64,000 nucleotides of DNA from an uncultured delta proteobacterium (GCA_963760795.1 CAVXEP010000029.1:256001-320000); one strand, 5' to 3'; positions 30,665-40,339 are shown, counted from the stretch's first letter. The notes: generated by a model from the letters alone, not told the origin. Numbers and translations are program-made.

Positions 30665-32316
30665 CTTCGCAGGCGCAAAGCAACGATCATTTGCTGGTGG
30701 AGAATCACGAGCTGCGAACGCGTCTGGAAGAGGCGGAAGAGTTACTGACTGCGATTCGCGCCGGCAACGTCGACGCGCTGGTGATCGAAGGACCCCAAGG
30801 ACCCCAGGTCTACACGCTCCAAGGGGCCGATCAACCCTATCGCACCTATGTCGAGACCATGAACGAAGGCGCGGTGACGCTTTCGCAAGATGGCACCATT
30901 CTCTACTCTAATCGGCAATTCGCCGAGTTGACCGCAGCTTCCATTGAAGAGACCATCGGCGGATCGTTTTTCGCTTTCATTGCCGGTCCCGACCAGGATG
31001 CGGTCGCCGCGCTGTTACGCGCGGGCGACGGCGGCAGCGGCCGGGTTGAAATCGCACTTGAAGATCGCGCCGGCACGCCCATCCCGGTGCGGATTTCGGC
31101 GCGGCGCACGCGGGTCGGCAGCGACGAATTTATCTGCCTGGTGGTGACGGATCTGCGCGGCCAGAAGCTCCAGGATCAATTGCGCGAAGCCGACCAGCGC
31201 AAGAACGAATTTCTCGCCATACTGGGACATGAACTGAGAAATCCTCTGGCGATCATTCACAATCTGCTGCAAGTTATGCGCAAAAAATTTGGCGCGGACG
31301 CGTCGGCCGACATGCGCGAGATGATCGAGGAACAAACGCGCCAAATGGGGCGGCTGATCGACGACCTGCTCGACGTCTCGCGCATTACCACCGGCAAGAT
31401 ACGCCTGGAGTTGACGTGTTTCGATGTCGCCGAGGTGCTGGCGGAGACGGTGCAAAGCTACCGCGACACTCTCGAAGCCAACGGCTTGAGGCTCATTCTC
31501 GAACTGCCAAACCGGCAGTTATTCGTCAATGGCGACAAAACCCGGATCGCGCAGGTGATTGGTAATTTGCTGCATAATGCGAGCAAGTTTACCGATGGCG
31601 ACGGCCAGGTGACGGTGGCTTTGAGCGCAGATTCTGGCGACAATTCAGCGTTGATTCGCGTCCGCGATACCGGGATGGGCATGGACAATGAAACTTTGCA
31701 GAGTGTGTTCGACAGCTTCGCCCAGGCGGACCGCAGTATCGCGCGCAGCCGCGGCGGCCTTGGTTTGGGGCTGGCGCTGGTCAAAGGGCTGGTCGAGCTT
31801 CATGGCGGCGAAGTGACGGGGGCGAGCGCCGGCCCAGGACAGGGTTCCGAATTTATCATTCGCTTGCCCATCGAAAAGGCTCCGTTAGTAGCCTCTGCCG
31901 AAAAAGTAGCGAGCGTTGGACGAACGCGCTGCTTCCGTATTCTCATCATAGAAGACAACCAAGCCGGCGCCTTGAGCATGCAATTGTTGTTAAAGCAGCT
32001 CGGCCATGATGTCGAAGTCGCCTATAACGGGCTTGACGGTCTCGCGGCGGCGGCGCGTTTTAAACCCGAGGTGGTGCTCTGCGATATCGGACTGCCGGGG
32101 CTTGACGGTTACCAGATTGCTCAACAGCTGCGCCAGCGCGAAGAAGGCGGAAAAACATTTTTGAGCGCCCTCAGCGGCTATGGCCAGGCCGAGGACAAAC
32201 GGCGCGCTTTAGCAGCCGGCTTCGACATGCACTTTGTTAAGCCGTTAAAAATCGATCTGCTCGTAACGGTGTTGGCGGAACTGGAAAGTGACTATCAATC
32301 AGGCATCAATGCTTAG
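30661..32316 (+). CDS. PAS hybrid histidine kinase/receiver translationally coupled to kaiB
   Basis: ATGA overlap; LEEAEE...AIR.G.VDALV...VYTL.GAD..YR N-terminus; PAS; GHELRNPL; receiver LCDIGLP. Confidence 0.9.
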   Translation: MTSQAQSNDHLLVENHELRTRLEEAEELLTAIRAGNVDALVIEGPQGPQVYTLQGADQPYRTYVETMNEGAVTLSQDGTILYSNRQFAELTAASIEETIGGSFFAFIAGPDQDAVAALLRAGDGGSGRVEIALEDRAGTPIPVRISARRTRVGSDEFICLVVTDLRGQKLQDQLREADQRKNEFLAILGHELRNPLAIIHNLLQVMRKKFGADASADMREMIEEQTRQMGRLIDDLLDVSRITTGKIRLELTCFDVAEVLAETVQSYRDTLEANGLRLILELPNRQLFVNGDKTRIAQVIGNLLHNASKFTDGDGQVTVALSADSGDNSALIRVRDTGMGMDNETLQSVFDSFAQADRSIARSRGGLGLGLALVKGLVELHGGEVTGASAGPGQGSEFIIRLPIEKAPLVASAEKVASVGRTRCFRILIIEDNQAGALSMQLLLKQLGHDVEVAYNGLDGLAAAARFKPEVVLCDIGLPGLDGYQIAQQLRQREEGGKTFLSALSGYGQAEDKRRALAAGFDMHFVKPLKIDLLVTVLAELESDYQSGINA

Positions 32317-32533
32317 CCGTATAACGCGAGCCGCACTCTGATTATTGTTTTAGGGTTGCCTTCATCGCTGCGGACGCTTATCGCGCCGGCTCGCTGCGAA
32401 TTGGCGTGAGCGCGGGCAGTCGGTCGTCGCGAAGATAAAGCCCACCCCAGATTCACGTTCCGAGAACCACCGGAAATAAAATCGCCCGGCTCATGTTGCC
32501 AAGCTTGGAATTTTTGCAGACCGAGGCGCGATT

Positions 32534-33268
32534 TCACGGCGCGGCTCTTACCTTCACTGGATAATCGAGCGAAGCATACCAGTCACCGCGGCCCTGGGGG
32601 GTGAGGTCCAGCACGTTATAGACCGGTGACAAGAGATCGAGACCGCGTTCATTGATGTCGGACGCCATATGCGGATGGGCGCTGTAGAAGTGCCGTATGG
32701 TGCCATCAGGCGCACGGGTAAATACCGATAAGGTCGAGTCCTGATTTCCTTCGCGGTCTTCTCCGCCCATATCATATTTAAACGTGCTGCCTTCTGGGGT
32801 GCTAAGCAGTCGCAGATTGTCCCATCGTTGTCTGCGCGCGTGGGCGCGCAGAGCCGGCGCATCAGCGGCGGCGACAATGGCAAGATCGACATTCTGCGCC
32901 AGATGGTGCGCCACTCCGTTGAGACTATCGATCAAAAGCGTGCACATCGGACAGGGGCTCGTTTGCCGCTTTCCGTACATAAACTGATAGAGCACCAGGG
33001 CGCGATCGGGCGCGGTGATTAACTCGCTCAAGCGAACCGTTCGCGTCGGGGTGTCGCCGGCATTGAGATCGGCCGGACCTTCAAGGAAAGTATAGTTCTC
33101 AACCGTCCCACCCTGGGGCAGTTCACGGCGCAGTTTCGCAACTCGCTCGCGCAGCTTCATCGACTCGATTTCCGCAACGCGCAACTCTTCCCGCTTGGCA
33201 AGGTACTCCGCAGATTCATTCTGCAACCGGGTTCGTCGCGTGCCCTCGTGGATTTTATCGTGTGTCAT
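32534..33268 (-). CDS. DUF899 family (thioredoxin-like) protein
   Basis: RRELP.G..V..Y.F, CPMCT, LDLTPQGR. Confidence 0.85.
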   Translation of the reverse strand: MTHDKIHEGTRRTRLQNESAEYLAKREELRVAEIESMKLRERVAKLRRELPQGGTVENYTFLEGPADLNAGDTPTRTVRLSELITAPDRALVLYQFMYGKRQTSPCPMCTLLIDSLNGVAHHLAQNVDLAIVAAADAPALRAHARRQRWDNLRLLSTPEGSTFKYDMGGEDREGNQDSTLSVFTRAPDGTIRHFYSAHPHMASDINERGLDLLSPVYNVLDLTPQGRGDWYASLDYPVKVRAAP

Positions 33269-33432
33269 GGGTCTATCCTCCCTACCTCGATGGCAACTCG
33301 CTTGATGGCCAGCCGTCCAATCGCAAGCGCGCCGATGGCTAGGGCGCCGACACTGACAAAGGCGAGCGCCGTGGCGACGCGCGCGAAGGCCAGCTGCGAG
33401 TCGGTTCTTGCTGTCGTCTCAGTATTGCTCAT
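33265..33432 (-). CDS. 55-aa small membrane protein with GALAIG repeats
   Basis: MSNTETTARTDSQLAFARVATALAFVSVGALAIGALAIGRLAIKRVAIEVGRIDP; fills the operon gap and overlaps the DUF899 start by ATGA. Confidence 0.6.
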   Translation of the reverse strand: MSNTETTARTDSQLAFARVATALAFVSVGALAIGALAIGRLAIKRVAIEVGRIDP

Positions 33433-33450
33433 AATTTTTCGCCGTCTGGC

Positions 33451-33861
33451 TCAGCTCTCTGACTTTATCGCGCCGGGCTCCATATAGACCAGTTCCCAGA
33501 TATGGCCATCGATATCCTGAAAACCATGCGCATACATAAAGCCGTGGTCTTGCGGTCGGTTGTAAGTCTTGCCGCCGGCCACGACCGCGTTCCGCACGGT
33601 ATCATCGACCGCTGCACGGCTTTCGCAGGACAAACAGATCAGCGCTTCCGTGCTTTTCGTCGCATCGCAAATCGGATTAGGCGTGAACTCTTTGAATTTT
33701 GCGTGGGTGAGGAGCATGGCATATATGTCCTCGCTGATCACCATACACGCCGCCGTATCGTCGGTGAATTGCGGGTTAAATGTGAAACCGAGCGACGAAA
33801 AGAAATCCATGGATGATTTCAGGTTATTTACCGGTAAGTTGACAAAGATTTTACGCGCCAT
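33451..33861 (-). CDS. VOC/glyoxalase family protein
   Basis: IFVNLPV...FNPQFTDD...QDHGFMY...DIDGHIWE; GAGGAG RBS. Confidence 0.9.
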   Translation of the reverse strand: MARKIFVNLPVNNLKSSMDFFSSLGFTFNPQFTDDTAACMVISEDIYAMLLTHAKFKEFTPNPICDATKSTEALICLSCESRAAVDDTVRNAVVAGGKTYNRPQDHGFMYAHGFQDIDGHIWELVYMEPGAIKSES

Positions 33862-33926
33862 AATGTTTTCTCCTCTAGTCTCGACAGTGAATCAGTTTCC
33901 CTCGCAGCCGATGTTCTCACTACCTA

Positions 33927-33953
33927 GTCGAACGAGCGCTGGCTAAATCGACA
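33927..33953 (-). promoter_or_regulatory. ECF42-type sigma factor promoter
   Basis: TGTCGA-N17-CGAC on the minus strand upstream of the VOC-sORF-DUF899 operon. Confidence 0.5.
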
Positions 33954-34154
33954 TCTTAGGGAAGGGAAACGATCCCAATGCTTTTTCAGAGTCCGACGGT
34001 TTCGATGCTTTGTTCCAATCTAGGCAATGCCACAGCAATGCACGTCGCTGCACATCAAATGCCAGCGCTGATAAGCGAACTTGAATACAAGTCGTAAAAG
34101 TTAGGTTTGCATGAGTCAGAGTTCACAGGCCGGCGGGAGATTGCAGTCGGATAC

Positions 34155-34258
34155 AATCCCAAAGATGAGTCACGATTCTTGAGGCTGCGTTGCACAATTG
34201 GGACTCGACTCGTATAGTTTTTGATTTGGTGTTCCTATGACTTGGCACAGTCCTTGAA
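34155..34258 (+). promoter_or_regulatory. Tandem degenerate palindromes plus sigma54-like promoter (variant -12)
   Basis: AATCCC-N6-GAGTCA (34155), CGTTGC-N6-GGGACT (34188); TTGGCACAGTCCTTGAA (34242-34258). Confidence 0.5.
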
Positions 34259-34287
34259 TAGCAGAATGCCAGAGCAGGTTTATTTAT

Positions 34288-34873
34288 ATGAAAAAGCTCG
34301 ATCATTACATCCCTCTGAGTTTTACAATATTGATTTTGGCTTTATGGGTTGGATCTCGAAGCTACGGTGCTGAGAACATCAAGGAAACCCAAAACGCCGA
34401 AAAAGTTGCTGAGAACGTGAAGCAAAAGGCGCAGAAGACGGAAAAGGCCGAGGGTCAGTCAGGATCTGGTCAAAGATAAAGTTAGCGTAAAAGCATCCGC
34501 TGATGGCAAGCCCGTAATCGAACAAACCGGCGAAGCGTCAAGTTACGGCCTGGGGTTTCACGGTAAAACCACCGCGAATGGTGAAAAATTCGATAAGAAT
34601 AATCTGACGGCAGCGCACCCGACGTTGCCATTGGGAACAAAAGCCACAGTAACGAATCTGGACAACGGAAAGTCCGTCGATGTGAGAATCAACGACCGAG
34701 GTCCTTACGTCAAAGGACGCGATATCGATGTATCGGAAAGCGCAGCGAAAGAATTAGACATGACCAAGAGCGGCATCGCGCCGGTGAAAATCGAGGCGAA
34801 GATACCTGTAACCGATAAACCTGCAAGCAGCGAGAGTTCATCGGCGCCGGCAAAAACCGGCGTCAAAAAATAA
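34288..34873 (+). CDS. rlpA: RlpA-family lytic transglycosylase (DPBB domain); +1 frameshift near 34452
   Basis: Second frame reads GEASSYG..FHGKTTANGE.FD...LTAAHPTLPLGT...VRINDRGPY...IDVS; N-terminal signal/TM segment in the first frame. Confidence 0.85.
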
Positions 34874-34908
34874 CCATCGACGAATCCGACAGCGAAAGAA
34901 CGGTAGCG

Positions 34909-35910
34909 CTAATCGGGTGCGGTTCTTAAATAGAGCGGAGTTCGGGTTGGCGCCAAGAAGATTGCCGGTTTGTCATCGGCTTGTTCCCGTCTCGAAAAGA
35001 AATTTTCCAGGATATTTTCGATAGAGAGAACGCCGGCGACGTTGTCGCTGCCGTTTACCACGATGCCAACAGGATTTCCGGTGACATCGAGCACCACGCC
35101 GCCGCTCATGTGGTTTTCAACACGCATGCCCCATTTAGTGTCCAAGGCGATGCCTGCATTGCGCAAGTACGCTGGCGAATAGAGTTCATAATCCGCGGAA
35201 AAATAGCCGCGATGCTTATCGTCGCGCAGATTCAAGAATCCATGGCTGATGTGGAACTGTCCTTGTTGCGGGTAACCCGCGATAAACACTTTTTTGGGCG
35301 GAAAGAGCGGCTGCAAATCGAAATCCGCCCGTGGCCGGCCGAGGTCGATCGTGCCTTGAGCGAAATCTTTGAGCTGCCAATAGGGAAAACGCGCTGCGGG
35401 CCCCGCTTTTAGCCGGGCGACGACAAAGTCGCGTTGTTTGATGATCTCGTCGGGACTGTGGCTCGATTTGCCATTGGTCGAGTCGGTTTCGTTCAAATTC
35501 GAGAGCACTGCGATTTCATATTCGCGATCGCCATTTTGGGCCAGATAGCGCATGCGCGGGCGACTTTCCGAGCAATCGGACAGGTCGGCGAATCGGCTGG
35601 TTTCTTTGCTCGCTTCCAAGCAGTATTTCATCACGTGATAAGCGGTGATGAACAGACCGTCGAGCGAAATCACGAAGCCCGAACCGAGATGAACGCGTTT
35701 CTTGGCCGCGCCGTCTTGATACTCAAGCAAAATTTTCACGCTTTTCGACTCAACGTCGGGCCATGAAAACTCCGCGCCGGCTGATTTGAGCTGCTCAGCT
35801 CCCGTCAGATACTCGCCACATACGAGAGACGGACAAAGCAACGCAATAATTATGAAAAAAATCGAACGTCGCACAGGGAATTCTTCGCAGATTAAAAGAC
35901 CTCCCAACAA
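34909..35910 (-). CDS. Secreted trypsin-like serine peptidase domain protein (likely start GTG 35874)
   Basis: GSGFVIS.DGLFITAYHV, RDFVVARL, IAGYP, HMSGGVVLD..G..VGIV. Confidence 0.65.
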   Translation of the reverse strand: MLGGLLICEEFPVRRSIFFIIIALLCPSLVCGEYLTGAEQLKSAGAEFSWPDVESKSVKILLEYQDGAAKKRVHLGSGFVISLDGLFITAYHVMKYCLEASKETSRFADLSDCSESRPRMRYLAQNGDREYEIAVLSNLNETDSTNGKSSHSPDEIIKQRDFVVARLKAGPAARFPYWQLKDFAQGTIDLGRPRADFDLQPLFPPKKVFIAGYPQQGQFHISHGFLNLRDDKHRGYFSADYELYSPAYLRNAGIALDTKWGMRVENHMSGGVVLDVTGNPVGIVVNGSDNVAGVLSIENILENFFSRREQADDKPAIFLAPTRTPLYLRTAPD

Positions 35911-36093
35911 AAATCAACTAAATTCGCCCCGATAGGATCTTCTGTCCTAAAAAAGTGAAGATTAAATCGATCCCGCAAGCGAAAAACTAGCGACACATAG
36001 TCCATGCGATCGTCTGTGCCCGTGAGTCGATCGGATACGGATCGTTTTGCCCGCGGACAGCAGTAAATCCCTTCTCATTGCAGTGCGCGAAGG

Positions 36094-36110
36094 TTGGTCT
36101 GGAGATTGCA
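36094..36110 (+). promoter_or_regulatory. sigma54 -24/-12 promoter
   Basis: TTGGTCTGGAGATTGCA (GG-N10-GC). Confidence 0.55.
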
Positions 36111-36193
36111 CGTCATGAGCTTATGATTTTGTCGCCGACCGGATGCTGATCGGGCGCCGTCCGAGGTCATCGAGCGAAATGGTTTGTCGAGTT

Positions 36194-36622
36194 ATGGCGA
36201 AATATCAAAAAAAAGTTGTCGCGCTGCCGAGTGTCATGGGGCGGCGCAGGCGGATCTTCAAAAAGCCGCGGCTGGCCAGGACCAAACAATCGGCTGACCC
36301 GAAATGGCAAGTCGTCAAGCTCGCCCGACTGGTTAGATTGGAAGCAAAACCCGGAAAAGAGGATGAGCTGGCCAGTTGTCTCCGCGCCGGATTAACGCGT
36401 GCGCAACAGGATCCGGCCACCGCGTCCTGGTTTGCGATTCGCTTCGGACCGTCGAAATTTGCGATTTTCGATGCCTGCGTAGGGGAGGCGACGCGCCAAC
36501 TCCATCCGGCCGGTTCACTCGCGGCAGTACTCGGAGCCAAATCTGCCGAACTACTGGCTCGGCCGCCGGTGATCGAAACGGGCGACGTGCTGGCGGCCAA
36601 GTTGGCCGAATTCGCCGTATGA
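36194..36622 (+). CDS. Antibiotic-biosynthesis-monooxygenase (ABM)-like protein with basic N-terminal extension
   Basis: LVRLEAKPGKE...WFAIRFGPSKFAIFDA...LLARPP.IE..DVLAAKL. Confidence 0.72.
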   Translation: MAKYQKKVVALPSVMGRRRRIFKKPRLARTKQSADPKWQVVKLARLVRLEAKPGKEDELASCLRAGLTRAQQDPATASWFAIRFGPSKFAIFDACVGEATRQLHPAGSLAAVLGAKSAELLARPPVIETGDVLAAKLAEFAV

Positions 36623-36694
36623 AATTCACGGCCTAGCCTGGGCTTTAATTGGGACAGTTAGGCCAACAGCGGCTGCGAAAAAATAGGCGGCTTT

Positions 36695-36859
36695 ATGGCT
36701 AAAAATAAAAAACCCAAGAAGCAAGCGGCGGCAAAAACCTCCAAAGCTAAAAGACATCGTCGCATCGACGGCTCGCAGACCCGTCAGCCCTTCGAGCAGG
36801 ATTCTAAACGCCGCATCGGGCAGTACGGCGGAGCAGGCGAGCCACCGATCATGAAGTAG
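36695..36859 (+). CDS. 54-aa basic small protein
   Basis: MAKNKKPKKQAAAKTSKAKRHRRIDGSQTRQPFEQDSKRRIGQYGGAGEPPIMK; read by hand, co-oriented with neighbours. Confidence 0.6.
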   Translation: MAKNKKPKKQAAAKTSKAKRHRRIDGSQTRQPFEQDSKRRIGQYGGAGEPPIMK

Positions 36860-36874
36860 TGTTCAGGGAAGGCA

Positions 36875-37024
36875 ATGATTCGCAAGCTCAAATCCGGGCA
36901 GTATAGGTTGTACTCGCGTAAGCGGAATTCAAAAACCGGGAAGCGCAGGAACCTCGGAACCTTTCAGACTCTCAAAGCAGCGCAGAAGCATGAACGAGCT
37001 GTGCAATTTTTTAAGCGACATTGA
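36875..37024 (+). CDS. 49-aa basic small protein of a conserved-looking uncharacterised family
   Basis: MIRKLKSGQYRLYSRKRNSKTGKRRNLGTFQTLKAAQKHERAVQFFKRH; GGAAGG RBS. Confidence 0.75.
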   Translation: MIRKLKSGQYRLYSRKRNSKTGKRRNLGTFQTLKAAQKHERAVQFFKRH

Positions 37025-37127
37025 TTTCGCCGGAGTATGTTGCTCAGCACGAGCGCAACCCTTGGTTGCACTCCTTGTTGAGAATTTGCCGTATATTTCT
37101 TGCGCGTTTGGTGATGAGGAGCCGATC

Positions 37128-37634
37128 ATGCCGGAAAAAGAAACAATCGAAAGAGCAAAGAGAGCCAAGCAAAAGGGCAAATCGTCGAGCACGCAAGCGG
37201 GTGAATTCGTGCGTGAGGAAATAAATCACATCAGGCAAGGCAAACACGGCGCTCGCTCGACGAAACAAGCGATTGCCATAGGTTTATCGAAAGCGCGTCG
37301 CTCAGGCATCGATTTGCCGCCGCCCAAAAAAGGCGCTGTTTCGGAAAAAACGCGGCGTAGCGCGAAGCGCGCGTATGAGGCGGGCCAACGAGCAAAACCC
37401 CGGCGATCTCGGCGCCGATCCGAGGCGGCTGAACGCGTGCTTCAACGGGAAGACACAAGCGTTACGTCGAAAAAGGCGCTATCGAAGCAGGCGCGCGCGG
37501 CGGCGCGAAAGCGGTCAAGGGCTGACCGCTCAGCGGCAGCAACTCGAGCGGCATTAACCAAAGGCAGAAAAAATCGTTCCGCCGCGGCGCGGAAAGCCGC
37601 GCGCAGCCGGGCACAGCGCGGTGGCCTGGCATAA
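37128..37634 (+). CDS. Highly basic putative DNA-binding protein (DUF6496-like)
   Basis: STQAGEFVREEI.HIRQGKHGARSTKQAIAIGLSKARRSG followed by an Ala/Arg/Lys-rich tail; GAGGAG RBS. Confidence 0.8.
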   Translation: MPEKETIERAKRAKQKGKSSSTQAGEFVREEINHIRQGKHGARSTKQAIAIGLSKARRSGIDLPPPKKGAVSEKTRRSAKRAYEAGQRAKPRRSRRRSEAAERVLQREDTSVTSKKALSKQARAAARKRSRADRSAAATRAALTKGRKNRSAAARKAARSRAQRGGLA

Positions 37635-37651
37635 AGCTCAAGACGACGGCA

Positions 37652-37906
37652 ATGCAGATATTTATTAAACTCGCCACCGGGGATTACACTCGATTGCGAA
37701 GTCATATCCCCCTCCACTCCGCCGCCCACGAGGCGATTGAAAAGGCGACGCGGATTGAACATTCGCTCGATGGTTTATTGTTTGCCGGCTACTCGATTCC
37801 TTGTGACGCGGAGCAAGCCCGAACCATACTCGAAACCGCCAGGCGCAGTTGTCCCGACATGATCTCCAAAATTGAACAAGCTATATTGCGCTCCCATCAA
37901 GGCTAG
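37652..37906 (+). CDS. Hypothetical protein (84 aa)
   Basis: Intact ORF immediately downstream, protein-like composition. Confidence 0.55.
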   Translation: MQIFIKLATGDYTRLRSHIPLHSAAHEAIEKATRIEHSLDGLLFAGYSIPCDAEQARTILETARRSCPDMISKIEQAILRSHQG

Positions 37907-38015
37907 CGTTCGCGGCGTTGAGACAGGGCGGGAAATTCTTGCGCCGACGCATGTCTGCGCTCGGCGCTGAGGACCACCTCAAGCACTTGAATTTCCTGCT
38001 CGAAAGCTTACGGGG

Positions 38016-38132
38016 CTAGAGCTTAGCCGCCCGAATTAAAGTAGATGACTTGATAGATTTGCCCTTGCCGCGTTTGCGCTTTGGTTTTGGCCGCTTCGGT
38101 TCGACGATCACCGCCGCTGATTTCTTGGCCAT
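38016..38132 (-). CDS. 38-aa lysine-rich small protein
   Basis: MAKKSAAVIVEPKRPKPKRKRGKGKSIKSSTLIRAAKL; GGGAG RBS; 24 bp downstream of the CBS gene. Confidence 0.5.
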   Translation of the reverse strand: MAKKSAAVIVEPKRPKPKRKRGKGKSIKSSTLIRAAKL

Positions 38133-38156
38133 GGATGGTTTCTCCCATTGACGGTT

Positions 38157-38597
38157 TTATCGATTCGGTTCCGACGGCTCCGAGATGTCTTTAAGCGCTT
38201 CGTCCGCCAAGTCCTCGTCTTCCGTGCCTTCGGTGCGGAGGGCGAGATCGCCGAGAGATAACATGCCTACGAGCTGTCGCTCTCGATTCAATATCGGCAG
38301 GCGACGAATCTGCTCGGCCTCCATTAGCATCACGGCTTCTTCGACGGCTTGATCGTCGAAACAATAACTCACGCCGGGAGTCATGATGTCGGTCACCTTG
38401 GTGCGCGCGGGATCGCGCCCTTCGGCGACTAGACGTATCGCCATATCCCGGTCAGTGACCACTCCTTGAATTCTGTCGCCGTCGCACACCGGCAACGCTC
38501 CGACGTCGAGTTCGCGCATTTTCGCGGCGGCTTCTTGGGCCGTGTCATCCAAGTAAACCACCTCCGCGCCTTGAGTCATGATTTCCCTAATTTGCAT
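38157..38597 (-). CDS. CBS-domain protein (Hrp1/YhcV-like)
   Basis: IREIMT...AA.KM...DVGALPV...GVVTDRD...QIRRLPI...GMLSLGDLA; GGAGG RBS. Confidence 0.9.
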   Translation of the reverse strand: MQIREIMTQGAEVVYLDDTAQEAAAKMRELDVGALPVCDGDRIQGVVTDRDMAIRLVAEGRDPARTKVTDIMTPGVSYCFDDQAVEEAVMLMEAEQIRRLPILNRERQLVGMLSLGDLALRTEGTEDEDLADEALKDISEPSEPNR

Positions 38598-38893
38598 AAA
38601 GCACCTCCGATTGGTTTTTTTCCGTCTTCGATCCTTTGCTAAATTTTGTCGCGCGATCTGGATTCTGCCATGCGAGCCACGACGCGCGGTTTACGGCGCC
38701 AACGAATGTATACATTGGGTCATTTTAAAACTCCTTGATAATTTCGCTTTGTGCTGGCGCGCGCTTGAGTGTGGCGTTGTAAGGCGCAAGAAGAATGCCA
38801 GTGCTCCCAACGAGAGTACGCCCCGTGTAGTGCGCACATGCCAGGCGATAAGCTTATTCAGCGAGCGCGCGGCGGAAAAGTTTAACGAGTCAG

Positions 38894-38911
38894 TGTCCCG
38901 AATCTGGGTCA
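38894..38911. promoter_or_regulatory. 18-bp palindromic site in the divergent CBS/HtrA intergenic region
   Basis: TGTCCC-GAATCT-GGGTCA. Confidence 0.5.
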
Positions 38912-39103
38912 CGTTGACTTGGGCAATCTCATTTATGATAATTTGCACTCGCGGGTCGAATGAATCCGAATCGAACCTTCGGCGTGATGAACGACAGCGC
39001 GTACCAGCGCGGCGAGAGAGCCTGCATAGTGACTCGCAAATGCCAATCCCCTAGCGAAATTGACGTAGGCTTTTACCTGCCAAGCTAGATACTGTGTCGC
39101 CGG

Positions 39104-39120
39104 ATGGAATCTTGCATGCA
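39104..39120 (+). promoter_or_regulatory. Possible sigma54 promoter for the HtrA gene
   Basis: ATGGAATCTTGCATGCA (GG-N10-GC, weaker -12). Confidence 0.45.
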
Positions 39121-39195
39121 AAAGAACGCGGATTGGACTGCGCGAAGCAATTTATTGCATCGGGCGAGCGAATAACTTCAACATCGGGAGTGGCC

Positions 39196-40339
39196 ATGGC
39201 CAAGAAATCTGTGATCGGCTTGATCTTATTGGCGCTGATCGCTTGCCAGCGCGCGGAGGTGCCTAAGGCCAAGACCGAAAGCCCGCCGCCGGCGCCAGCG
39301 CCGCGGCTCGATCGCGACTCCACCCCGGCGGGATCTTATGCGCCAATCGTCGATCGAGTCGCGCCGTCGGTAGTGACCATTCGCTCGGCGCGGCGGCTGC
39401 GCGCGCCGCGGCAATTCCCATTTTTCAACGATCCTCGATTCGGCGAACTCTTCGGCGGTCTATTCGGCGCGCCGGGCGGGCGCGAACAGGTTCGCCTGGG
39501 ATTGGGCTCCGGCGTCATCGTGCGACGCGGACGGCTATGTTCTCACCAATCATCACGTGATCGACGGCGCGGATGAAATTACCATCGAGCTGCTTAGCCG
39601 GCGCAGTCTTTCCGCCAAAATAATCGGCAGCGATCCGCCGAGCGATCTTGCCGTGCTCAAGGTCGAAGCTACCGATATGCCGGCGCTGGCACTGGGCAAC
39701 TCGGATGAGGCGCGGGTCGGTGACATCGTGCTCGCGTTAGGAAATCCATTGGGCATCGGCCAAACGGTTACCGCCGGGATCATCAGCGCCAAGAGCCGCT
39801 CCACCGGATTGAGCGATGGCAGCTTCGAAGATTTTCTCCAGACCGATGCGCCGATCAATCAAGGCAACTCCGGCGGCGCGCTGGTGAATACCGCCGGGTT
39901 GCTGGTCGGCATCAACTCGCAAATTCTCTCGCCTACCGGCGTTAACATCGGTATCGGTTTCGCGGTGCCGGTCAACATGGCGCGCAGCGTTATGGAGCAA
40001 CTGATCAGCAACGGCAAGGTCGAGCGCGGCCATTTAGGCATCGGTATTCAGCCGGTGACCCCGGAGATCGCCGCCAGTGTCGGCTTAAAGGAAACCGGCG
40101 GCGTGATTATCAACGAGGTCAATGCCAACAGCGCCGCCAGCCGCGCCGGTATGCGGCGCGGCGATGTCGTCGTCGCTTTCAATGGCGCACCGGTTGTCGA
40201 CGGCAACGCGTTGCGCAATGCCATCGCCGGCAGCAAACCCGGGACGGCGGTCAAGCTGACGATTCTCCGCGATGGCAAAGAGCAAACGATTGAGGCCAAG
40301 CTGGACGAGTACCGCGCCGAGAGCGCGCCGGCGCGGTGA
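39196..40339 (+). CDS. HtrA/Do-family serine endopeptidase lipoprotein with one PDZ; +1 frameshift near 39523
   Basis: Lipobox LIAC; GSGVIV / GYVLTNHHV; SDLAVL; QTDAPINQGNSGG; PDZ domain. Confidence 0.88.

Noticed and set aside
38600-39100. ORFs in the CBS/HtrA divergent intergenic region
   Set aside because: They are overlapping ORFs on both strands with atypical composition; the region looks regulatory.
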